DNA of 64,000 nucleotides from Halarcobacter sp. (GTDB lineage Bacteria; Campylobacterota; Campylobacteria; Campylobacterales; Arcobacteraceae): NCBI GenBank assembly GCA_963676565.1, contig OY781089.1, positions 2,336,001 to 2,400,000 of the forward strand, read 5' to 3'. Shown piece by piece: positions 55,942 to 64,000 of this stretch (position 1 is its first letter; each line of letters starts with the position of its first letter). The notes under the pieces were generated by a model. It saw only the letters and a program-made list of their open reading frames with translations, ran no database searches and was not told where the DNA came from. The position numbers and the translations under genes were made by a program.

Positions 55942-56772
55942 TTGCAAATAAACAACAATATTCAGAATAATCAAACCCCTTATTTAAATGCAAATCAAGC
56001 TTTAAATAGAATTGCAACTGGTATAGAATTAAATAGTGCTTCTGATGATGCTTCAGCTTTATCAATTGTACAAAATTTACAAGTGCAATCAAGTGGGATT
56101 TCTCAATCAATAGACAATGTTAATAGTGGTTTAGCAGCATTACAAATTTCTGATGGAGCATTAACAAATCAGTCTGAAATCTTGGATGAAGTAAAACAGA
56201 AACTTCTTCAAGCATCTACAGATACCACTTCTCAAGAAGGAAGAGAATCATTACTAAATGATATCCAAGGGCTTTTGGAAAATTTCAATAACATTGCTAG
56301 TAGTACAAACTATAATGGAGAAACACTTTTACAAAATAGTTCAAGTGATACAAGTGCATCATCAAGCTTACAAATTCAAGCAGGTGAGAACTCTGATAGC
56401 TTAGTAGATACGCAAGCAATTCAATCTAATACCACGGGTGTAGGATTAGATGATTTATTGAACCAAGACCCAGCTACATTTACATCTCAAACAGCTAGGG
56501 ATTCTCTAGAAAATTTAGATAATGCAATTGACAGTGTAAGTTCATTTAGAAGTGATGTAGGTTCAGTTCAAAATCAGCTTCAAAGTACTTCAAGAAACTT
56601 ATTTTCTGAGTTTACACAAACAAGCGCTGCTTCATCAATAATTCAAGATATTGATTATGCTCAAGAGGTTTCTAATTTTAGTAAGCAAAATATTTTAGCT
56701 CAAATTGGAGCTTATGGGGCAGCACAATCAAATAATATCAATCAGGCTATGGTAACAAGATTATTATCATAA
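55942..56772 (+). CDS. Short flagellin-like protein
   Basis: RIATGIELNSASDDAS, TNYNGETLL, RSDVGSVQNQL, DIDYAQEVSNFSKQNIL; AAGGAGG RBS with TTG start. Confidence 0.85.
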   Translation: MQINNNIQNNQTPYLNANQALNRIATGIELNSASDDASALSIVQNLQVQSSGISQSIDNVNSGLAALQISDGALTNQSEILDEVKQKLLQASTDTTSQEGRESLLNDIQGLLENFNNIASSTNYNGETLLQNSSSDTSASSSLQIQAGENSDSLVDTQAIQSNTTGVGLDDLLNQDPATFTSQTARDSLENLDNAIDSVSSFRSDVGSVQNQLQSTSRNLFSEFTQTSAASSIIQDIDYAQEVSNFSKQNILAQIGAYGAAQSNNINQAMVTRLLS

Positions 56773-56776
56773 AAGC

Positions 56777-56802
56777 AAACCTAAGTTTATAAACTTAGGT
56801 TT
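56777..56802. terminator. 26-bp perfect palindrome, probable bidirectional terminator
   Basis: AAACCTAAGTTTATAAACTTAGGTTT between convergent stops. Confidence 0.7.
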
Positions 56803-57334
56803 AAAAATCGATTGTATGTGTAATTTTAACTCTTCTCATTGGTCTATTTGAAATCTTATAATGCTCTACTCCATTATAAACAAAATAGTTTTTATATCCT
56901 GTAATAGTTTTTCTTTTAATCCTTGATGGTTTATCATAACATTCAGTTTTTGTTTCATATCTGTAGTTGTCATCATATCTATCATTTGGTCTATAATTAT
57001 TTCTAATTTCATGGGCAACTTTAGCACCTAATAATCCACCAACAATTTGAGCAGCAACTCTACCATTACCTTTTCCTATTTGGCTTCCTATAACAGCACC
57101 AGCAGCTGTTCCTATAAGTGTATCAACACCTAAATTATCATCATAATCTGAATAATATCTATCATCTCTTACTTTATATCTTACTTCTTTGCATTCTCTT
57201 TGTGTTTCTCTATCATAAACATAATCGTAAATTGGTTCAGAATATGAAACCTTTGCAAAATCATGAAATCTATCACTACCTGCATATAAAGATGATATAA
57301 AAAGTAATCCAGTTAAAGCTATTTTTTTTAACAT
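56801..57334 (-). CDS. Glycine-zipper 2TM (YcfJ-like) exported protein
   Basis: GTAAGAVIGSQIGKGNGRVAAQIVGGLLGA; signal peptide. Confidence 0.8.
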   Translation of the reverse strand: MLKKIALTGLLFISSLYAGSDRFHDFAKVSYSEPIYDYVYDRETQRECKEVRYKVRDDRYYSDYDDNLGVDTLIGTAAGAVIGSQIGKGNGRVAAQIVGGLLGAKVAHEIRNNYRPNDRYDDNYRYETKTECYDKPSRIKRKTITGYKNYFVYNGVEHYKISNRPMRRVKITHTIDF

Positions 57335-57375
57335 AATAAATCCTTTGAGAGGCTCCTATTTAAAGGAACCTTTAT

Positions 57376-57675
57376 TTACATTTTTGAGATATATTCCGCC
57401 AATGCTTTTATATCTGCATCTGAAAGTCTTGCAACTTGACCTTTCATAACACCTTTCATTGCTCCACCATAAGATCCATCTTTATAACCTTTTAATGCTG
57501 TTTCAATTTTTGATGCATCCCAACCTTTAATAACTTGAGACTTACCTAATGCTGCTTTTTCAGCATTTATACCATGACATGCTGCACATGATTGATATAA
57601 ACCTGCTCCATCATTTGCAAAAAGTGAAGTTAAACCTAAAAGTGCAACTCCTGTTAAAATTTTTGTAGTTTTCAT
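57376..57675 (-). CDS. Cytochrome c553-like monoheme cytochrome
   Basis: Signal peptide, CAACHG, GAMKGVM. Confidence 0.9.
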   Translation of the reverse strand: MKTTKILTGVALLGLTSLFANDGAGLYQSCAACHGINAEKAALGKSQVIKGWDASKIETALKGYKDGSYGGAMKGVMKGQVARLSDADIKALAEYISKM

Positions 57676-57705
57676 TTTGTACTCCTATATTTTATTTATA
57701 GAAGA

Positions 57706-57738
57706 AGTATAAAAATTAATTGTGAATCGATTGTGAAT
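57706..57738 (-). promoter_or_regulatory. TTCAC-N6-TTCAC direct repeat (DccR/OmpR-type box) upstream of a TATACT -10
   Basis: Minus strand: ATTCACAATCGATTCACAATTAATTTTTATACT. Confidence 0.65.
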
Positions 57739-57758
57739 GATTTAAAAAAGTAAAAAAT

Positions 57759-58088
57759 TTATTGTAGTTTTCCAAATACTTTGTATTTTTCCCAGTAGAT
57801 ATCTAAGGCTTCTTTTAGTTCTTTATCTGTTAATTTTGTTTTTTCTTTTATTCCAAATCTTTCTATAAAGGCCTCTGGCATGATAGTTGTATCTTTACTT
57901 GGGTTCTTTAAAAAATTAGTCATTGCCTCTTTTACACTTCTTTGACTACTATATTTTAAAAGGTATCTGTAAAAGTATTTATCAATTGAAACAGGTTGTT
58001 TTTTATGACAAGATACACAATTGTTTTCATAAACATCAGAAAAACTAATTCCTAAAAAAAGAAAGAATACTAAAATTAATTTTCCCAT
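57759..58088 (-). CDS. Small c-type cytochrome-like protein
   Basis: Signal peptide plus CVSCH. Confidence 0.65.
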   Translation of the reverse strand: MGKLILVFFLFLGISFSDVYENNCVSCHKKQPVSIDKYFYRYLLKYSSQRSVKEAMTNFLKNPSKDTTIMPEAFIERFGIKEKTKLTDKELKEALDIYWEKYKVFGKLQ

Positions 58089-59269
58089 ATAAGCTCCATT
58101 TTTGTACCAACTTTGATTTTTGATTCCACATTGATTTTAAAGTTATACTCTTTTGCAATCATTGAAACAATATTTAGACCTATTCCAAAACCACCTACAC
58201 TTTTATCAAATCTCATATATCTTTCAAAAAGCTGTTCAACTTGGTCTTCTGTCATACCCTTTCCACTATCTTCTACAATCAAGGATTTTTTTTTAAGTGT
58301 GACTTTTATGAAGCCTTTTACCTTGTTATATTTAATAGCATTTGATAAAAGATTATCAATAAGCTTAGAAATTTTCTTAATATCACAAAAAATGATTACA
58401 TGATCTTCAATATTTTCAATAAGTTCAATTTTCTTAACATCAGCAAGAGTTTTAAAATATTCTAACCTTTGATGAACTATTTTGCTTAAATCCAAATTTT
58501 CATTTTGTGAAATAATCTTATTATCCAAAGTTAAATATGTCAAATCTTCATATATATTTGATATTGTTTTTGCTCCAATATCAATACGTTTTATTTTTTT
58601 TGATAATTTTTCATCTAAACTATTTGTATCAATCATCTCTACATTTGTAATAATTGCGGAAATAGGAGTATTTAACTCATGGGTTGTGTCTTTTATAAAC
58701 CTATCTAAAAGATGTAAAGCATCTCTCATTGGTTTTAGAAAAACCCTAAGTAAAAAATATCCAAGTACAGTCATAAAGAAAAAGGCAATAACCACAAAAA
58801 CAAATATTTCTTTTTTTAATTTTTCTAACCATATACCATCATCAGGGATTTCCAAAACAACATATTTTGCACCTAGATAGTAAGATTCTGGTTCTTCTAT
58901 AAAATGTATTTTATTATTGCTAGTATAACTTATCTCATCAAGATTAACTTTTTTTGATTCTAAAGTTGAAAATATCAAAGTTCTATCACTATCATAAATA
59001 GCAGAATTATACCTTTCATCTCTAGGGTAAAATTTATACTTATCAAAATTAATATGTAAATCTTTTAATCTAAAGATAAAATCGTTTGAATACTCTTGCA
59101 TCAAAACTCTTTTTTCTTGAAGCATTAAATTTTTTTGAAATGAAAAATATAAGAATGATATAAAAAATAAAATTACAATTGTGAAAAATGAATATAAAGA
59201 TAAAAAGCTAAGAAGAGTTTTCTTCTCACTTCGAGTTAAATCTATATCCAAGCTTTTTAAGACTAACAA
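58076..59269 (-). CDS. Sensor histidine kinase
   Basis: THELNTP H-box, NLLSNAIKY, DSGKG, GGFGIGL. Confidence 0.93.
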   Translation of the reverse strand: MLVLKSLDIDLTRSEKKTLLSFLSLYSFFTIVILFFISFLYFSFQKNLMLQEKRVLMQEYSNDFIFRLKDLHINFDKYKFYPRDERYNSAIYDSDRTLIFSTLESKKVNLDEISYTSNNKIHFIEEPESYYLGAKYVVLEIPDDGIWLEKLKKEIFVFVVIAFFFMTVLGYFLLRVFLKPMRDALHLLDRFIKDTTHELNTPISAIITNVEMIDTNSLDEKLSKKIKRIDIGAKTISNIYEDLTYLTLDNKIISQNENLDLSKIVHQRLEYFKTLADVKKIELIENIEDHVIIFCDIKKISKLIDNLLSNAIKYNKVKGFIKVTLKKKSLIVEDSGKGMTEDQVEQLFERYMRFDKSVGGFGIGLNIVSMIAKEYNFKINVESKIKVGTKMELIWEN

Positions 59270-59897
59270 TTTTATCTTTTCCTAACACTTTTCTTAAGTT
59301 TTTAATATAAGTTCTTAGGGAGTTATCACTTGGTTCTTCATCATAATCCCAAACAAAGTCATATATTCTTTCATGAACCAATAACTCATCTTGATTTTGA
59401 AGGAAAAATTTCAAAAGCTTTAATTCTTTAAAATTTAAAGCTACAACTTCCCCATCTTTTTTTACTTCATTTGTATTTGTATCAAAAGTAACTGATTCAC
59501 TTAAATTAATAATTGTTTCTTTTTTATTAGAAAACTCTCTTTTTATAATAGTTTGAACCCTAAGTAAAAGCTCTTTTAACTCAAAGGGTTTTCTAATATA
59601 ATCATCACAACCACTTTCAAAACCCTCTTCTAAAGAGTTCATAGAGTTTAATGAAGTTATAAATATAGCAGGAGTTGTATTGCCTTGCTCTCTTACAGAT
59701 TTTAATAGTTCAAACCCATTTAAAGAAGGAACATTTACATCAAGTAAAAATATATCAAACTTCTCTTCATAAATAACATCGTTTGCTTCATCGCCATCAT
59801 ATACGGCTCTTACTTCAAAGCCCTGCTCTTCAAAATAATCAACTACGGTTTCACTTAAAGTTAAGTCATCTTCAAGGAGTAATAGTCTAGTTTTCAT
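59226..59897 (-). CDS. OmpR-family response regulator (DccR/CrdR-like)
   Basis: LLEDD, LLDVNVP, KPF, LRTYIKNLRK winged helix. Confidence 0.93.
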   Translation of the reverse strand: MKTRLLLLEDDLTLSETVVDYFEEQGFEVRAVYDGDEANDVIYEEKFDIFLLDVNVPSLNGFELLKSVREQGNTTPAIFITSLNSMNSLEEGFESGCDDYIRKPFELKELLLRVQTIIKREFSNKKETIINLSESVTFDTNTNEVKKDGEVVALNFKELKLLKFFLQNQDELLVHERIYDFVWDYDEEPSDNSLRTYIKNLRKVLGKDKIVSLKKLGYRFNSK

Positions 59898-60121
59898 TTT
59901 TTATTTTTCAACTTTTTGAGATTTTCTTGATATTTTGCCTTTTCTTTGGCATTCATAGTTGGAACTCTTTCTTTCAGTTCTTTTTTAAATTTTTCTTCAT
60001 TTTGTTTTTTTACATATCCCATAATTACAATTAACTCTTGAGTACTCATTTCTGAATAATCAACTGCATAAAGGGGAGAGAAAAAAACTGATATTAAAAT
60101 TGATATTAAAAATTTTTTCAT
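59894..60121 (-). CDS. DUF1104-like exported protein
   Basis: Signal peptide followed by DYSEMSTQELI...M. Confidence 0.65.
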   Translation of the reverse strand: MKKFLISILISVFFSPLYAVDYSEMSTQELIVIMGYVKKQNEEKFKKELKERVPTMNAKEKAKYQENLKKLKNKK

Positions 60122-60148
60122 AGTCTACTCTAAAATATTATTTTTGTA

Positions 60149-60181
60149 ATGATACCATATTAATTGTAGAAGAATCGTAAA
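60149..60181 (-). promoter_or_regulatory. Degenerate TTTAC-N6-TCTAC box plus extended -10 (TGGTATCAT) upstream of the DUF1104-RR-HK operon
   Basis: Same layout as the 57706-57738 site. Confidence 0.5.
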
Positions 60182-60191
60182 GTATAGATAT

Positions 60192-61052
60192 TTATACAAT
60201 CATTTCTTTTACTCTTTCATTATTTAAAAGACCTATAAACTCTTCTTCTGTTTCTATTTTAGTTGCGTACTCTTCATTTAGTTGGATCGCTTTTTGTAAG
60301 TCATCAATTGCATTATCTTCATATTCTAAAACTGCATATGCCTTTGCCCTTTGAAAATATGCACTTGGGTAGTTTTTATCGATAAGTAAGGCTTGATTTG
60401 TAAGATTTAATGACCAGTTTGCTTCACCTATGTCTAACACTGCGTCAGCTTTATAAATTAAAGCTTCAACCTCATTTGGTCTAATATCCAAAATTTCATC
60501 ATAGGCTTCAATTTTACCAGTAGGTGTAGTTTCTTGTGAAGCTCTAAGCCATAAAGAGTGTATAGTATTCATAATCTTAATTTCATTTTCATTGTGTTTT
60601 ACTTGTCTTGCTCTTTTTGCTAGGTCTTGCTCAAAACCTGCCATCTTCTCTTCATATTTTTGGATTGTTTTTGAAGTTTTTTCATCAACCATATTTTTAA
60701 TTTTGTCATTAATATCTTTAATTGAACTCCATCCAATAATCACTAAAATAGAACTAGCAGCTGCAATAATATAAAACATATTGTTAATTGTTGATGTCGC
60801 ATAGTTAATTACATTTGAAGACATTTCTATCTCTTTTTTAGCCAAAGTTTTATGTAATTCAACCTTTAAATCCCTATTTTCTTCCCTTAATTGCTTAATC
60901 TCATTTAAAATATAGTTTTCCACAAAAGGAGTATATAAAGGTTTTTCTATGGTATTTATTTTCTCTTTTAGATTTTTTTCATTTTCAATATTTTTTATAT
61001 TAGCAGACATATAAAGTGAACAAATAAGAAAAAAGAGTGATATTTTTTTCAT
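60192..61052 (-). CDS. Membrane-anchored TPR protein
   Basis: TM, coiled coil, AYFQRAKAYAVL...AIDDLQKAIQL. Confidence 0.7.
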   Translation of the reverse strand: MKKISLFFLICSLYMSANIKNIENEKNLKEKINTIEKPLYTPFVENYILNEIKQLREENRDLKVELHKTLAKKEIEMSSNVINYATSTINNMFYIIAAASSILVIIGWSSIKDINDKIKNMVDEKTSKTIQKYEEKMAGFEQDLAKRARQVKHNENEIKIMNTIHSLWLRASQETTPTGKIEAYDEILDIRPNEVEALIYKADAVLDIGEANWSLNLTNQALLIDKNYPSAYFQRAKAYAVLEYEDNAIDDLQKAIQLNEEYATKIETEEEFIGLLNNERVKEMIV

Positions 61053-61061
61053 TTTTCTTAT

Positions 61062-62438
61062 CTATCCTATTTTAAGTAGTTTTTTATATAAACATTCTAA
61101 GGCTGCATCTGCAACATTTTGTGCAACACCTATATGAAATGAGATTTTAGATGGACTCATATCAAACATATCAAAGTAAATATTGTTTTCTTTAAGTGCA
61201 GTTATAGCATCAACAATAGAAAAGGCATTTTCTTTCAATCTAATACCCACTAATGTAATTATAGAGATATTATATTTTACATAAATGCAAGATGTTTTTA
61301 ATCTTTTTTCTATATGTCTTCTTAAATTATTTATATTTCCCTCTAAATCTTTTTGCTCAACTAGTATAGATATATCATCTTTATCAGTTGGATAATGATG
61401 GGTATTTATATTAAATTCACCAAAGATTTTTAAAAGTTCAGCTGTAAAGCCAATCTCATCACCTAACATATCTTTTTGAATATGAATTGCAGCCATATTA
61501 TCAAGTTTGGCAATACCAACTAAATCCTCCATAGGAACTCTTTCATTTAAAATCAAAGTACCTTCATTATTTGGATTGTTTGTATTTCTAATATTAATTG
61601 GAATCTTACTTTTTTTACAATTTAACATAGCATTAAAATGAAAAACATTAAAACCCTTTGAACTTAAAAGCCTTAATTCTTTAAAAGTAAGTCTTGGTAT
61701 AACATTTGCCCCTTTTATTATTCTAGGGTCAACTTCATAAACACCATCTGTATCTGTCCAATTTTCATAAATATCAGCATCTAAAGCATAGGCTAATTCT
61801 CCACCTGTTAAATCAGAACCTCCCCTACTCATAACTGCTATTTCATTTTCATTAGTTATTCCATAAAAACCTGGAACTATAAAAATCTCTCCATTATCAA
61901 GGTCAAATTTCTCTTCTATATTTTGGTGCGTTTGAGGTAAAACCTTTCCATCACAATAATTATCATCTAAAATAAACCCAAAATCTTCAGGTAACATTAG
62001 CCTAATATTTAGTCCACTATTTTGCATAAAAGTAGAGATAACTTTTGCATTATAGTGTTCACCACGTGATAAGAAAAAGGCTTCTTTTTTAAAACCTTCA
62101 AAAATTTTATTTTCTAAATCTTTTTTTAAATCATCAATTATTAGTTTTTTATCAATATTTAAATCAATACATAATTTTTCAAATTTTTCTATAACTACTT
62201 GATGGCTTTGTTTTACTGTAATAGCAATTTTACTTGAAAGAAAATGTTCACCATTAGTTGCAATATTTAGTAAGTGATCGGTGATTTTTTCATCATATCT
62301 CTCGTCTCTACCTGGGGCAGAAACAACTATTACTTTTCTTCTTTCATCAGAGTTTATAATATCTAGTACTTTTTTAATCTGTATAGCATCTTTTACAGAA
62401 CTTCCACCAAACTTACAAACTTTTATATCAATATTCAT
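61062..62438 (-). CDS. ask: Aspartate kinase (ectoine cluster-associated)
   Basis: KFGGSSV, VVSAPG, SRGGSDLTG, WTDTDGVYEVDPR; downstream of ectC. Confidence 0.92.
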   Translation of the reverse strand: MNIDIKVCKFGGSSVKDAIQIKKVLDIINSDERRKVIVVSAPGRDERYDEKITDHLLNIATNGEHFLSSKIAITVKQSHQVVIEKFEKLCIDLNIDKKLIIDDLKKDLENKIFEGFKKEAFFLSRGEHYNAKVISTFMQNSGLNIRLMLPEDFGFILDDNYCDGKVLPQTHQNIEEKFDLDNGEIFIVPGFYGITNENEIAVMSRGGSDLTGGELAYALDADIYENWTDTDGVYEVDPRIIKGANVIPRLTFKELRLLSSKGFNVFHFNAMLNCKKSKIPINIRNTNNPNNEGTLILNERVPMEDLVGIAKLDNMAAIHIQKDMLGDEIGFTAELLKIFGEFNINTHHYPTDKDDISILVEQKDLEGNINNLRRHIEKRLKTSCIYVKYNISIITLVGIRLKENAFSIVDAITALKENNIYFDMFDMSPSKISFHIGVAQNVADAALECLYKKLLKIG

Positions 62439-62479
62439 TGGAATCCTATTATTTATTTTTATAACTTAATTTTTTTCAA

Positions 62480-62875
62480 TTAGTTTTCTAAAGGATAAAC
62501 CCCATTTTCATCATGGTGTTCAGTTCCCTTAATTGGAGGGTTAAAAACACAAATAAGTCTCATATCTTCACTTCCACCATAAAGGTTATGATCATCATGA
62601 TTATTAAGTGCATACATAACACCATCATAAATCTCGTGAGTTTCTCCTGTTGCTAAGTCTTCAATTTTTCCATTTCCAGCAACACAATAAACTGCTTCTA
62701 AATGATTTTGGTAGTGAATATGAGTTTTTGTATTTGCTTTTATAATTGTCTCATGGAATGAAAATCCCATTCCCTCATCTTTTAAAAGCATTCTTCTACT
62801 AATCCATTGTCCACCTTCGGCAAATACTTCTTTATCTGTACCGATTACATCTTTATTAATATCTTTAACAATCAT
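62480..62875 (-). CDS. ectC: Ectoine synthase
   Basis: WISRRMLL, MGFSFHETII, HYQNHLEAVYC, CVFNPP...HDENGVY. Confidence 0.96.
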   Translation of the reverse strand: MIVKDINKDVIGTDKEVFAEGGQWISRRMLLKDEGMGFSFHETIIKANTKTHIHYQNHLEAVYCVAGNGKIEDLATGETHEIYDGVMYALNNHDDHNLYGGSEDMRLICVFNPPIKGTEHHDENGVYPLEN

Positions 62876-64000
62876 TTAAAACTCTCCTGTTAATTTTTCT
62901 TTTTTATCTGCTACTAGTTTTGCAATTGCAGAATCTAATCTTTCTAAACCTTCTAATAAAGTCTCTTCATCAATAATCAATGGAGGTAAAAATTTAACGA
63001 TTTGATCTTCACTACCACAAGTTTCAACAATTAATTTTTCTTCAAAAGCATAACTTGATATCTCACCAGCAACAGAGTTGTCACCTTTAATTTCAAATCC
63101 ATATGCCATTCCTCTACCACGAACTTCAACGTCAAAAGTATCTTTATATTTGTCTGCAATTTTTTGTAAATTATCTTTTAAAAGTTTCTCTTTATATTTA
63201 ACTGCATTTGATAAATCATCATTTTGCCAATATTGTTCAATAGCTACTTTTGCTGCAACGAAAGCTAAGTTATTACCTCTAAATGTACCTGTGTGCTCAC
63301 CTGGCTTCCATTGGTCTAAATCTGGTTTCAATAATACAAGTGCCATTGGTAAACCACCACCAATAGATTTTGATATAGTTACAATGTCAGGATTTATCCC
63401 AGCAAATTCAAAAGAGAAGAACTCTCCAGTTCTACCATTTCCAACTTGAATGTCATCAATAATTAATAAAATATCATACTCTCTACAAAGTGCTTCTAGC
63501 TCTTGTAACCACTCTTTAGATGCAACGTTAATTCCACCTTCACCTTGAATAGTTTCAACAATAACAGCTGCTGGAATATCTAAACCACTACTACTATCTT
63601 GTAAAAATTTTCTAAAAATAGCCATAGTATTCATATCACCAAAATATCCATCAAATGGCATAAACGTTACATTTGATCTACTAATATAACTCTCATCTCT
63701 ATAATCATTGTTTCCAGTAACAGAAGATGAACCTTGGGTTAAACCATGGAAACCATTTGTAAATGAAACTACATTTGATCTTCCCTTTACAAGTCTTGCA
63801 AGTTTTAAAGCTGTTTCAACTGCATTTGTTCCTGTTGGTCCAGTAAATTGAAGCTTATAATCAAGGTTTCTAGGTATTAAAATTGTGTCTTGAAAAGTTT
63901 GTAAAAACTCTTTTTTTGCACTTGTTGCCATATCAAGACCATGTACAACCCCATTTCCTTGTAAATATTCAATTAAAGCTTTTGTAATATGTTCATTATT
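62876..64000 (-). CDS. ectB: Diaminobutyrate-2-oxoglutarate transaminase (5' end beyond the window)
   Basis: GPTGTNAVETALK, ETIQGEGG, DDIQVG, WKPGEHTGTFRGN; frame stays open to 64000 (NNEHITKALIEYLQGNGVVHGLDM). Confidence 0.95.
   Translation of the reverse strand, partial: NNEHITKALIEYLQGNGVVHGLDMATSAKKEFLQTFQDTILIPRNLDYKLQFTGPTGTNAVETALKLARLVKGRSNVVSFTNGFHGLTQGSSSVTGNNDYRDESYISRSNVTFMPFDGYFGDMNTMAIFRKFLQDSSSGLDIPAAVIVETIQGEGGINVASKEWLQELEALCREYDILLIIDDIQVGNGRTGEFFSFEFAGINPDIVTISKSIGGGLPMALVLLKPDLDQWKPGEHTGTFRGNNLAFVAAKVAIEQYWQNDDLSNAVKYKEKLLKDNLQKIADKYKDTFDVEVRGRGMAYGFEIKGDNSVAGEISSYAFEEKLIVETCGSEDQIVKFLPPLIIDEETLLEGLERLDSAIAKLVADKKEKLTGEF

Overview
AT-rich chromosome segment of a Campylobacterota bacterium, most consistent with a halotolerant Arcobacteraceae member (inferred from gene content: rsmH-ftsL-like, hup, DUF1104/DccRS-like locus, ectBC-ask, ovoA). 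Core-like flanks (1-15.3 kb and 52.3-64 kb) enclose a ~36.9 kb tyrosine-integrase island (15353-52266) inserted in the anticodon arm of tRNA-Leu(CAA). The insertion splits the host tRNA without restoring it. The island instead carries its own complete tRNA-Leu(CAA) with a rewritten anticodon stem. Cargo: a ten-gene co-directional defence array (Wadjet/MksFEBG-like, RmuC, Ppl/TrlF-like PHP-ATPase, PD-(D/E)XK protein, type III RM, membrane protein); an apparently undescribed six-gene operon (dynamin-like GTPase, tail-anchored protein, HerA-like ATPase, LHH nuclease, SMI1/KNR4 immunity protein, WYL regulator); a phage/plasmid-type recombination operon (DUF932, Gp157-like, Rad52/Sak, DUF2958); two Xis-like paralogs; a Rep_trans-like protein; an iteron-like array; a degenerate primase/helicase-like fusion; an AbiE-like toxin-antitoxin pair; and the integrase. 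No capsid or type IV secretion genes were recognised. All family calls come from motif recognition by eye, not database searches.
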